Source of the DNA: Okamejei kenojei
Lineage: Eukaryota
DNA length: 64,000 bases
Direction of reading: 5' to 3'
Assembly (NCBI GenBank): GCA_035221665.1
Contig: CM069136.1
Coordinates: 56,544,001 to 56,608,000, forward strand
Shown: positions 24,490-36,290 of the stretch, in pieces
How positions within the stretch are numbered: position 1 is the stretch's first letter
Layout of the letters: each line of letters opens with the position of its first letter
Notes under the pieces: model-generated
The model's input: only the letters and a program-made list of their open reading frames with translations
Told to the model about the DNA's origin: nothing
The model's database searches: none
Program-made: the position numbers and the translations under genes

Positions 24490-26295
24490 TCAAAACCTGC
24501 AGATTAACAAATTCATATAAGCATGTAATGGATGAATCTCTTTGGTTACTGGTTTTATTAACAAATCACTGCTGCTAGGAATTGACATATATGGTTCTTT
24601 AATCATGTTTAACATCAATGGGAACCATGGTTGGGTCGGCCAATTGGGAATCACCAATAATCCTGTGGCAGAATCTTGTTCTATTTTCTTCAGACATTGC
24701 TGAACCAGAGCAAATGGCGGAAAAGCATAAAAGAACATATTCCCCCAATGTAGTGAAAAAGCATCTACTGCATCTGGATCTGGTTCCCAAGACACATATT
24801 TAGGCAATTGATGATTTAATCTTGATGCAAACAGATCAATGTCTGGTAACCCATATTGAATCACAATTTTACTGAAAATTACTGGGTTCAACATCCATTC
24901 TGTGTTGTCTTTAAACACCCTTGATCTATTGTCCGCCACCACATTATCTTTACCTGGGATATAATTTGCCAAAATCCAAATTTGGTGCTTAATACACCAC
25001 TGCCATATCTGATTTACCAGACAATCACATGATACCGATCTGACTCCACCCATGTGATTAATATATGCAACAGCTGTTTTATTGTCTAATTGTATCAGTA
25101 CATGCAGATTCTTTTTTGTTGAACAATAGGCTTTTTAATCCATAAAACGCCCCCAATAACTCTAAATAGTTAATACCATATATTTGGAGAAACATTTCCT
25201 CTTGGACAGTCCATCTGCCCCCACAACTGGTAAATGAATCTGTCGCCCCCCATCCGAGAGCACTAGCATCTGTTTGTAAAAATACTTCAGGCTGTTGTAT
25301 TAAAATGTTTTTAGCAGCTTGTGGGACATTTTCAATCCACCATTGCAATTCCAATAAAGCTTCTTTTGTTAATTGCATAGGCCTATCATAATGGCCTGCT
25401 CGCTTTTTTAGAGCTCTTATTTTGTCCCTTTGAAGGTTTTGGTAACGTAATGGACCAAATTCTACTGCAGGAAATGCTGCTACTAATTTACCAATAACAT
25501 TTGCTACTTCCTGGATGGAGGGATAAGGTTTGTGAATGAGACCCCTACAGACCATTAAAATATCATCAATCTTATCTGTTGGCAAAGTTACTAACATAGT
25601 AACTGAGTTAATCACAAACCCCAAACAGTTAATTGACTGTGCTGGCTGCAGCTGGGACTTAATTGGATGAATCAAGAAACCTAACTTCTCAAATAAAGTT
25701 TTAGTTGCTGAAACTAATTTTCCAGCTGATTCCTGATTACTACTGATAATTAAAATATCATCCAGATAAGCCATAATGATGTGCTTTTGTGCTCTTAATT
25801 GTGCTGAAGCTGGTTTCAACAGCTTTGTGAAGAGCCTGGGAGCTGAACTTAACCCATTTGGTAAAGCTTTAAATTGCCACAGCTGTCCCAGCCAATTAAA
25901 TTTTAAATACCTTCGAAAAAATTGATGTATTGGTACTGAATAGTACGCATCCTTTAAATCAATTGTAGCCATATAATAACCTGCTGATATCAAATGTCTT
26001 GTAGTGTTGAACATTTCCATCTTAAAATGTTTATACTCGACAAATGTATTAAAGTTTGTAAGGTCCAGAATAATTCTGCAACCACCATCTTTTTTACTTC
26101 TTGGAAAGATATTTGACACACATTGATGTTTATGTTCAACAGTTTTTTCAATAACACCTTTTTTAAACAATTTGTCAATTTCCACATTAATTTCTGCTTC
26201 TTCAATAGCAGAAAACATGAAACCATAAGCAGGTTTATTTTGTACCGGAGAGTTAACACCCTCTTTAAATGTTATAGTAGCTCCTGAAACTGTAA
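24490..26295 (-). pseudogene. DIRS ORF2: reverse transcriptase, RNase H and N6-adenine methyltransferase-like domain (frameshifted)
   Basis: IDLKDAYY, LPNGLSSAPRLFTK, YLDD, TDASALGWG, INYLEL, DN.TAVAYINHMGG; MT-like DLFASRLN...YAFPPF; frameshifts near 26295 and 25130. Confidence 0.88.
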
Positions 26296-27618
26296 AATAA
26301 ACCGATCAGATGTGATGGCAAGCCATTCATCATAAAACATTTGTAATCTCCCTCCAACTGGAGATTTGTCCACAGTTTCTTTAAGAATAGAATAAATTTT
26401 TTGTACCTCTCCATATGAACGTGGTGGTCTCCTTCTCCCCGTATACGGGTGAACATTTGGCTGTGTCGGATGGTAATATTTTCTTATCATATTCCTGCCT
26501 CTGTTTCCAAAATCAAATCCCCTCCTTGACGAAAAATACCTTTTTTGTCCAAAACCGAAAGGTCTCATGTGGCTAATAGATTTAGCCTCTTCATCCATTT
26601 CTCTTATTTGTTTAGGCAGGTTCTCTCCAAATAGATAACCAGGAGCTTGAACACCACTTGATCGACACAGACCTGCAAACCTTGGATGAAATATGGGCCG
26701 AATCGCAATTTTCCTCATACAATTAATTTCATAAAAGGAATTGCACAATAAGCCCAAAGTATCTTTTTGGATTTTAACCATTTCCGACCCTTCCATTTGC
26801 CTTCCAAAAGCAGTAATGGCAGCTGAAATCAGTTTGAGGATTCTTTGAAATCTTATTTCTTGTCCTCTCATGCCTGGAGTCATAGGCGTCCATATAGACG
26901 GATTAACCGTAGGTACCTTCAATGAGGTGCAATTTTCCGGTGTTTTATATAATTCTGCTGTTTCAATCATCACAGAATCTTGAAGTTGGTGAGATACCAT
27001 ATAATTAATACTGGCAGCTAGGTTTTCTTCCATAGCCTCACCACTTCCTTCAGGTATAGCAAAATCTTTTGCCATATCAGGCACATCTGGCCTCTTCTTT
27101 TTTATTTGTGGTGTGCACTCATAATCCACATCACCACTTGCAGGGTCTGACTTTTGCAGCCCTGATACACCTGGAATTATATCCAATGAGACTTCCTCCA
27201 CCCTTAATCCTGGGTCTGGAGTTTCAAATTCCCAATTTGGCACATAGCCATATTCTGGATATTCAAACCCCTCAGGGTCATTTTGGGAAACTTCTGGGTA
27301 CTGTGACCCTTGCCTCATTATATTTTGGAGCACTTTCTCCATATGTTCCATTTTAAGCCATATAGCTTTATTATCCGGAGGACTTTCATTATCAGAGTCA
27401 ATATCAGAAACCACGGGCCTCACGGATTTCTTTTTACTTTTTCTAGGAATATTTTCCTCCGTGGTTTGCATTTCTGGAGAAATTATAGTCTCACTAACGG
27501 GTGAATCTGCGGCCACCGGTATCGGAACCGTATCCGCACTAATCTCTTGTCCCGACTCTTTAGCTTCACCCCGGGATGATCTTTTTACCCGCGAAATTTT
27601 CCTTTGAGACTTCTCCAT
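26272..27618 (-). CDS. DIRS ORF1 (gag-like), running into the pol N-terminal motif
   Basis: 448-aa ORF with P.NC..L.VP.VN..IW and LFGENL motifs; ends with VGGRL..F...W..IT.D, typical of the DIRS pol start. Confidence 0.75.
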   Translation of the reverse strand: MEKSQRKISRVKRSSRGEAKESGQEISADTVPIPVAADSPVSETIISPEMQTTEENIPRKSKKKSVRPVVSDIDSDNESPPDNKAIWLKMEHMEKVLQNIMRQGSQYPEVSQNDPEGFEYPEYGYVPNWEFETPDPGLRVEEVSLDIIPGVSGLQKSDPASGDVDYECTPQIKKKRPDVPDMAKDFAIPEGSGEAMEENLAASINYMVSHQLQDSVMIETAELYKTPENCTSLKVPTVNPSIWTPMTPGMRGQEIRFQRILKLISAAITAFGRQMEGSEMVKIQKDTLGLLCNSFYEINCMRKIAIRPIFHPRFAGLCRSSGVQAPGYLFGENLPKQIREMDEEAKSISHMRPFGFGQKRYFSSRRGFDFGNRGRNMIRKYYHPTQPNVHPYTGRRRPPRSYGEVQKIYSILKETVDKSPVGGRLQMFYDEWLAITSDRFILQFQELL

Positions 27619-28139
27619 TTTTCTCTTTTATTATCTGGCTAAATCAGTACACCAGCGTGACTCTGATTTTAAATTTTACTTTCACTTTTGCTGGTTCTAC
27701 CAGCGTAACGTCTTTTTTAGAACGTCCCCTATTTTCCTTGCACTTACCTGCGGGTCCGTTCCGGCCGCTGCGAGGAGCTGCGCTCTGCAGCTCTTGCTTC
27801 TGCCGTCAGTGTCGACGTAATGGCCGTTCTAGCGCCAGGCGGGGCTTCTTCACGTAGTCACTCACGTGACTCCGAAGTAAAATTCAACTTTTGCATTGAA
27901 TCTTTCTGTCAAATGGCATGATATTCTTATCTTGGGATATTGTAGTACTATGGTCTAGTTACCAGAACTGCTATGTGAAGGCCTAGTCTTTGATGTGCAG
28001 GTGAGTTTGAATCCCACTGTACCTAGGCAATTAAAATGAATATTACATAAAATGAAAGGCCATATCAGTAATGGCAACTATAAATGCCCAACTGGTTCAG
28101 AAAATTGCTGATCTTAATCTGCTTATGTTTTTGTTATGA

Positions 28140-28350
28140 TGGAAGAGACTGCTGAAGTTGGAAACTTAAGGAAAAAACAGCGCTGAAAGAACTCAGTGGT
28201 TCAAGCAGGAGTAGAGAGAAATGGACAGGAAATTTTTCAGTTTGGGATCTTCCTGGGATCGGTCAAAGAGGGGTCCTGACCTGAAATGTCACCAAAACAT
28301 TTGCCTCCACAGGTGTTCTTTGACCTGCTGAGTATCTGCTTTATTTTTTG
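28140..28350. repeat. Old fold-back pLTR-derived element
   Basis: Diverged arms GAACTCAG..TCAAGCAG and GGTCCTGACCTGAAATGTCACC...TGACCTGCTGAGT. Confidence 0.5.
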
Positions 28351-29624
28351 ATCTTTGTAATATCAGACTCAATGAAATCTGTCTGACTCTGAAATTCTGG
28401 GACCCTGAAATTCTGGGATAATTGAGGATGCAGTAATGATAGCCCCATCCTGTCATCAAAGCAACACCACTTTTAAAAATACATATATGCACCTAGGAAA
28501 ATGTTATACAGGAATGATATTTGGATCTTAATAACTTTTATGAAAGTTCAAACTTTAAACTTCCTTATTAATCATTTTTTTAATTGACACGTGTGTCCTT
28601 GAGCTGCCGTTTTTTCTTGTCAAGTTAGACATGGTACACCGTGGGACTGATGAGCTTCTCAATAATTTAGAATTAAAGGTTTCACTGAGTGTTTTGAGAT
28701 GTCTGGTGAGACTTCACTCCCAGCACTAACTTCTCCATCTAATGGATTTTGCTGCTTTTGGGGCAGGGTAATCCAATACTGCTGCAGCAGCTTAGAGGCA
28801 AGATCGTAATGATCTCATATCAACAAAATGCACCATAGGGAGTGAAGGAAATGTGGCTTGGAGACCTCCAATGGATTTGTCAGACTGCATGTATTCTGAT
28901 TATTATGTATGTTTAATTGGTTAAAGTAACAAGAACTAATAAGCACAGAAGGACACGGAATTGGAATTAAGAGGCATAATTATAATGGATAATAATCAGA
29001 GCAAGATTTTTTTTTTAAATGCAGTTGATTTTCAGTTGTGCCTCACAGGAAGAGCAGAAGTTTGAAGGAAATCGGGATTAGTATTTTTCTAGGCATTTAT
29101 GGATAAGTTTAAACAAAAGCATGTGATTTTTTAATGAATGCACATAGAGGTGTGGGCCCATAGACTGCAAGCACGAGGTGTTAGATGAGTGAGGAATCTA
29201 AGGGTGCAGAGGGGTGATGAAATGGGGAATGACAGGTTTGGTTGGTGGTTGCCTGCATTGGGGAAGACAGATGGCTGTGGATTTAAGCATTTCTATCCTC
29301 ATACCTCATCAGCCACTGCAGCACAAAATCATCTATTGTTATTCTTTTAAATTGTAATCTGAAATCTGGGCATCACCAGCAAATATGACGTTTATTGGCC
29401 ATCTCTGATTGCCCTTGAAAAGGTGTTAATGAACTGTTGTTTTTAATTCGCTGCAACCCTACTGGTGGATGGCAATCCCACTGCGTTGTTGAGTTGGACA
29501 TTCCAGGATATAGACTTAATGGCAGTGAAGGGCCACCAATTATATTCCCAAGGCAGAATGGTGTGCTACTTGGAAATAGTCAGGGGAGCCGAAGTGAATA
29601 ACTGCATGATATTTTCTAGATGGC

Positions 29625-29815
29625 ACTCCTCCCATATCCCAAAGATATTCAGGTTTGTAGGTTAATTGGCCCCCTGCAAAATTGCCCTTAATGTGTGAAT
29701 CCCCAGAAAGTGAATGAGAAAGTGGGATAACAGAACTTATAATGGGTGAATGTTCAGTGTGGACTCGGCGGGCCAAAGGGCCTGTTTCCATGCTGCATCT
29801 TTCATTCAATTGAAT
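29625..29815 (+). mobile_element. HE1-like SINE 3' half
   Basis: CCTCCCATATCCCAAAGA...GTAGGTTAATTGG...GGGCCAAAGGGCCTGTTTCC. Confidence 0.6.
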
Positions 29816-30743
29816 CAAAAAAGTGCTCTGTACCGATATATGGTTGGACTAAAATACAATTCCATAAGAAATAAACTATTTTACAAATTGCCTTTAATAT
29901 GAAGAAGGTTCCGAACACAAAACATCAAGATTTTTTCAAGAATTGGAATCTAGGACAATAAAATTATTTAATGTGATGACAGTGCCAAATTGTTATGCAA
30001 ATTCATGAGTTGTATAAAGTTTTAACCTGCAATCTTCCTGTGTGTTTGGATTAATATCATAATTGTTAATGTTATTGGTCAATTGGGTGCTTACCTCCAA
30101 TGCCATCTGGTGAAATGCACACAATCATTCACTTGAGGTCTGCTCAAAAGAGCTGTGTCTGTAGAAACAAATGACAAAGTGCTCAGATTGGTTCTTTCCA
30201 TACTTAAAACTAGATAATTTTGTACTTTCGTGAACAGCTGAATTGTTGAATAATGTGTTAGGAAATTAATTTCTTAACATCTCTGTTTAACAAATTAGCA
30301 TTTGTAGGTGCTGGAATTAGACCCATTCTCTTGTAATGTGTGCATTGTAAGCAGCTGCAGTAAAATAATAAAGTAAATCATCTATCTTACTGCAGCAGGT
30401 TTCTACAGAATGCATAAATTAAAAAAAGACCTTAACCAGTTTTTAATGCACAGAATTCTATTGGGATTATTTGAGAACATTTGAGAAAATGCATTTATGC
30501 TCTTAAGTTTCAGAATAAGTTCTATATAAAATTGTCACAGTCATATTGGAACGAAACAGGCTATTTGACTCACGGTGTTGATATTGACCGTCAGTTACCC
30601 ATTCACATCAATCCCACTGATCCAAAAAGCCAATTTTTGTTCTCTCCAACAACAAGCTGCATGGTTTTCCTCAATTGTGGAAAAGTTTGTAATTTATTGC
30701 AGATGGTAATTGCATAAAGATAGGGCATTTTAAATACCATTCT

Positions 30744-30897
30744 ATTTTAAGTTGCTATTTGTTATATGGTTATATGGTACCATTAATACTTACAATGGAC
30801 AATTGCAATATTTTGCAAATTTTAAGTTGCTATTTTGTTATATGGTTATATGGTACCATTAATACTTACAATGGATAATTGCTATATTTGGCAAATT
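30744..30897 (+). repeat. ~76-bp tandem duplication, each unit with a CR1-B-type tail
   Basis: Two copies of TTTTAAGTTGCTATTT(T)GTTATATGGTTATATGGTACCATTAATACTTACAATGGA. Confidence 0.85.
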
Positions 30898-31874
30898 GTA
30901 CAATCTTCTAACCATTATCTTAAGAGTCAAATATAGCAAAACTGGGTATAATAAGTGCTGATTGTTTTGAGTTTCCTTAAACTCTGGTACAATGTTCAAC
31001 GGTAAGAAGCAACATGTATCCATCTCAGTTTTCCCGTTATCCTGTTTTGTGTTGGTACTTCTGTGGATAAAACAGTACAAGTATTGTGAAAACTTAATCT
31101 GCCTCCACTCTATATTTTAGTGACCAGCACCAAAGAGCCTGTAGGGGTCTGTGCAATGGAGCAATTCATCACTTAGATGAATACATTGTGATTATGCTCT
31201 GAGGCCAGCTACAAGTGATGGATCTGTGTAATTTGTAGCGCAAGAATTTCAGATGAGCCGGATCAGCTGAAGCTTCTTGATTTACACAGATGAGTCATTG
31301 AAGGTGGCAGAGCAAGTAGTTCAGGGACATTAAAAAATAAAATTAATGCTTTGTATTCGTATATCAAATGCAAATGCAAAATGTACAAGATATCAAGTCT
31401 AAATTATAGTCCTATTTGTGTTGGCACTTCATTATAGGACTGATACATGGTAATGAGTGTGGAGTTATAGTTTGGAGAGACTTGAAGCTGAGATTTTTTT
31501 GAGTGAACCTCTGCAGATTAAATGATGATACGTCTTCAAAATTAGAGGTTCAAAATGGATAAATGGTGGTGTATTGTTTACATCTGTTTGGAGATAGTTA
31601 TCATTAGTTAATGTTAGGATAATTACAAACAGAATTGATGAGCAAATCAAAATAAACCACATAAAGAGCAGATATTTGTTCTCTTTAAATTATTTTCTCT
31701 GTAAATTATTTAAAGGGAATATTTGAAGATTTAGAAAGAACGTTGGCAAGAACATAAGCTTAGTTACTTATACAAATCCTTTCCACAAAGTATACAAATC
31801 CAGAATACGACTTATTTGTAAATGTGGGTGTTTCATCCTCCTAGTAATATGGTAAATCAGAGCCCGGATTAGCA

Positions 31875-32150
31875 GGGGTGGTCGAACGGTTGATTTGTTG
31901 CCTTACAGCGCCAGAGACCCAGGTTCAATCCTGACTACAGGTGCTGTCTGTATGGAGTTTGTATGTTCCCCCCATGACCGCGTGGGTTTTCCCTGCGTGT
32001 TACGGTTTTACTCCCACACTCCAAAGACGTGTAGGGTGTAGGTTAATTAGCTTAGGTAAAGATTGTAAATTGTCCCTAATGTGTAGGATTGTGCTAGTGT
32101 ACGAGGATTGCTGGTCAGCGTGGACTTGGTGGGCGTTGTATCTCTATATC
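31875..32150 (+). mobile_element. HE1-like V-SINE
   Basis: GCCTTACAGCGCCAGAGACCCAGGTTCAATCC, GGAGTTTGTATGTTCCCC. Confidence 0.78.
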
Positions 32151-32203
32151 TGAATATTCTTACTCCCTGTCGAAGATCCTGTCTTGTAGCTTGTTAGGAT
32201 TTA

Positions 32204-33797
32204 CAGTGCCTTCCAAAATGTTTGGGACAAAGATCCATCATTTATTTATTTGCTACTGTACTCCACAATTTGAGATTTGTAATGGAAAAAATCACATTGT
32301 CAGATTTTAATAAAGGACAGTTTTATACATTTTGGTTTCACTATGTGGAAATTACAGCAGTGTTTATACATAGTCCCCCCATTTCAGGGTACCATAATGT
32401 TGGGACACAGCAATGTCATGTGAATGAAGGTAGTCATGTTTAGTATTTTGTTGCATAACCTTTGCATGCAATGACTACTTGAAGTCTGCGATTCATGGAG
32501 ATCATCAGTTGCTGGGTGTCTTCTTTGGTGATGCTCTGCCAGGCCTGCACTACAGCCATATTTAGCTTATGCTTGTTTTGGGGGCTAGTCCCCTTCCGTT
32601 TTCTCTTCAGCATATAAAAGGCATGCTCAATTGGGTTCAGATCAGGTGATTGACTTGGCCACTCAAGAAATGACCATTGTTTAGCTTTGAAAAACTCCTT
32701 TGTTGCTTTAGCAGTATGTTTGGAATCTTTGTCTTGCTGTAGAATAAACCACCAGCCAATGAGTTTTGAGGCATTTGTTTGAACAGATAGGATGTATCTA
32801 TACAATTCAGAATTCATTATGCTACGAACATCAATGAAGATAAGTGAGTCAGTACCTTCATCAGCCATACATGCCCAGGCCATAACACCCCCACCACCCC
32901 CCACAGATGAGATGGTATGCTTTGGATTTTGGGCAGTTCCTCTCCTCCATACTTTGCTCTTGCCATCGCTTTGATATCAGTTAATCTTCGTCTCATCTGT
33001 CCACAAGACCTGTTTCCAGAACCGTGGATGCTCTTTTAAGTACCTCTTGGGAAACTGTAACCCAGCCATCCTATTTTTGCGGCTAACTAGTGTTTTGCAT
33101 CTTGCAATGTAGCCTCTGTATTTCTGTTCATGAAGTCTTCTGCGGCAGTGGTCATTGACAAATCCACACCTGAACATTGTTTCTGATCTGTTGGACAGGT
33201 GTTTGGGTTTTTTTCTTTATTCTAGAGAGAATTCTTCTGTCATCAGCTGTGGGGGTCTTCCTTGGCCTGCCAGTCCCTTTGTGATCAGTAAACTTAACCA
33301 ATGCTCTCTTTCTTCTTAATGATGTTCCAAACAGTTGATTTTGGTAAGCCTAAGGTTTGGCTGATGTCTCTAACAGTGTTATTCTTGTTTCTCAGTCTCA
33401 TAATGGCTTCTTTGACTTTCATTGGCACAATTTTGGTCCTCATGTTAATAAACAGCAATAAAAGTTTCTAAAGGTGATGGAAAGACTGGAGGAAAGACTA
33501 GGTGCTGAGAGCTCTCTTATACCTGCATTAAGGAGGCATTTAAACACACCTGAACAATTACAAACGTCTGTGAATCCATGTGTCCAAAACATTACGGTGA
33601 CCTGAAAAGGTGGGACTATGTATAAACACAGCTGTAATTTCTTCATTGTGAAACCAAAATGTATAAAAATACTCTTTAATAAAATCTGACAATGTGCACT
33701 TTAACTACATGTGACTTTTTTAATTACAAATCTCAAATTGTATAGAGGCAAATAAATAAATGATGGGTCTTTGTCCGAAACATTATGGAGGGCACTG
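32204..33797 (-). mobile_element. Tc1/mariner DNA transposon (DD34E), full length, inactivated
   Basis: CAGTGCC...GGCACTG termini, TA on both sides (32202-3, 33798-9), ~200-bp imperfect TIRs. Confidence 0.93.
32440..33443 (-). pseudogene. Tc1 transposase
   Basis: Starts MRTKIVPMKVKEAIMRL; WTDETKIN, QQDKDSKH, WPSQSPDLNPIE with 34 residues between the second D and E; frameshifts and stops. Confidence 0.9.
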
Positions 33798-34923
33798 TAT
33801 GTGTGTGCTTCTTTGTTGGCAGATAATCAGATTCAATACAATCCTAGTCCCGATATTGTGCATAGTTTGCGGAAAGCTTTCAGTTCCTGAATGCCATTTT
33901 ATAGCCAAAGCTTGGCTAATCACATGTTGAATATTTGATGCACATTTTGGGCATGTATATGTTCTGGTAAAATCTTCTAGCAGGCATTTAACTGGGGGCT
34001 TTCTATTCACATCCAACACAAGTGCGGATTGTCCACTATAATCAAGTGAGGGTAGTAAAGTTTAATCCTATGCGCCTGGGACGGGTCCAATATTCACGGC
34101 ACCTTCATGCTGCTTGATCTCGATGCTCCCACAACCGGTAGTACGTCATGTGGTGTCAGCGATGTGGGGGGAGGGAGGCAATGCATTGGAAGTTTCAGAA
34201 TATGCTATTTAACCAAATAACCAAAATCCGCTATATAAAGGTCCGTTATTGCTAGGGTTTTACTGTATCTAACTTTGGATCTTGTACATGTGGCAATCAT
34301 TTATAATTTCCAAGGGTGAGTGGGCAGAGTTTGAATGCCAGCCTCATTGAGCAGACTGAATGGTGAAACATCCATGCAGGTATCTGTTTCTTAAAGCACC
34401 TCCAGCTTCTATTCTCTTGACCTACTGCCCATTGAATGTCGCCAGACAAAATGTTTTGGAATGACTATTTTCAAAGAAAATTTCAAAGAAATTTCAAATT
34501 GCTGCTGCAGTTCAGCAATATTTTGACACGTCTGTTCAGTTTTTCCATTGTTAGTAAACCATTATAACACTTTGAAATATTGTCGCAAAATAGTTTTAAG
34601 GAGACGTCACGGGTGGTATTGCTCTGCCATTGTTGTGTAATTATAATGTATTATAATGTTTATTAATGTAGACTTGGTTTAGTGCAAGATTCTTTATGAT
34701 ATTTGAGAGGAAAAAATGAAGTTTCAAATATACTGGTGATACAAGGGCTTTAAGCTGATGATCCAAAGTGTGAAGAAGGAAAACACCAGGGCAGTTAGAT
34801 CCACGGCCAATTTGACAATTTAATGATTTCTCTTGCAATTAAATACCTAGCACAAACTAGAAATTTCAAGACACTGTAAAACCTTTTAATCCATCTTTTT
34901 GTGTTTTGCAATGTATCTGATGA

Positions 34924-35109
<186 letters not shown>

Positions 35110-35199
35110 TGAGTGAATGAATTGCTTTGAAGTGTAGTTGATTTGGTCATTGAGTTTTCTGCAGAAATGAAGGAGTTATCCATCACATTCTGTAAATAA

Positions 35200-35430
35200 A
35201 GGGTCACTTGGCGATTTTATTCGGCGACTGCCTACATAATTGACTGACGTATCAGGTCACCGAAAATTTTGTGGAGGTGACGCAGCGTGATGATGTATGA
35301 TGCGCGTTTTTTTTTCAAGTGTTGCAACATTTTTTTGTCGCCACTGGATTTTGAAATGTTCAAAATCTTTTGGCGACACTGATATGATGCCGGCAGTCAC
35401 CGAAAAAAATCGTCAAGTGGGACGGGCCCT
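35200..35430. mobile_element. PIF/Harbinger-type MITE
   Basis: Inverted ends AGGG..CACTTGGCGATTTT.TTCGGCGACTGCC / GGCAGTCACCGAAAAAAATCGTCAAGTGGGACGGGCCCT, with TAA on both flanks. Confidence 0.65.
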
Positions 35431-35689
35431 TAAGAATGGTAATTCTGTGATGATGTGGAAGCTTTCATCATGCTGAAATTCACTCTTAGTATTAGATTTG
35501 CCGTTATTCTTCCAGCAAATTGTGGCAAGTGTAGATTTTCCTTTGGTTATTTTTTGTAGAGCAATAATGGAAATTGTACAAGTACATTGCAATGCTTGGA
35601 AGGTGATAAATTAAATACAATTAAAAAGCAGATGCGGCTTGAATCAGTGTTCTTCCTTAATTGACACAGAATTAAGTTCGTCCATATTG

Positions 35690-36290
35690 CAACGTTTCAC
35701 CGAACACTTGCACTCGGTCTGTCAAGGCCTGCTGAACATCTTGGTTGCTAACCATTATAACTCCCCTTCCCAATCCCATACTGGCATTTGTGTTCTGGGT
35801 CTCCTCCATTGCCAGGTCATTAATTTGGAAAGGAGGCACAAAAGATTCACCAGCATGTTATCTCGACTTGTGGGCCTCAGCTGTATGGAGAGGCTGGATA
35901 GGCAGGAACCATTTCTTTGGAGGATAATTAGGCTGAGCAGTGACCTTATTGAAGTATTGAAAAATGAGAGGCATAGATAACGTGAATGCCCAGAGTAGAA
36001 GATTCTAAAACTAGAAGACATAGACTTAAGGGCAAGAGTGAAGAGATTTCAGAGGACCCTCGGTGCAACTTTTTCACTCAGTGCAGTTGATATCTGGAAT
36101 AAGTTGCCAGAGGAAGCAATAGAAACAGATGCAGGTATATCTTTCAAATGACATTTGTGCAGATACATAGGTACGAAGGGATTAGAGGGATATGGGTCAA
36201 ATAGCTCTAGCCAGAGTGCAAATGTGGTTGACATGGACAAGGTCGGTCAAAGGGTCTATTTCTATGCTATATATCAGTATGATTTTTACT
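35690..36290 (+). mobile_element. Old PLE GIY-YIG fragment joined to an old CR1 3' fragment
   Basis: RFTEHLHSV...VANHYNSPSQSH (PLE), then RFTSML...ERLDR...DLIEV (CR1). Confidence 0.65.

Larger units (their letters stand above)
23325..27883 (-). mobile_element. DIRS1-like tyrosine-recombinase retrotransposon, near full length
   Basis: Order gag, RT/RNaseH, MT, YR; perfect 33-bp inverted repeat at 23398-23430 and 27824-27856; AAT trinucleotide at both inferred ends. Confidence 0.93.

Noticed and set aside
24490-25053. Methyltransferase plus integrase as bacterial or phage contamination
   Set aside because: Both are standard DIRS domains, contiguous with gag and RT inside the element's repeats.
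27950-28110. Possible ancient SINE head, plus a related old tail at ~29365-29600
   Set aside because: Too diverged to assign to a family without alignment.
34200-34268. Tigger/pogo-like TIR (GGTTTTACTG-TA)
   Set aside because: No convincing partner TIR located.
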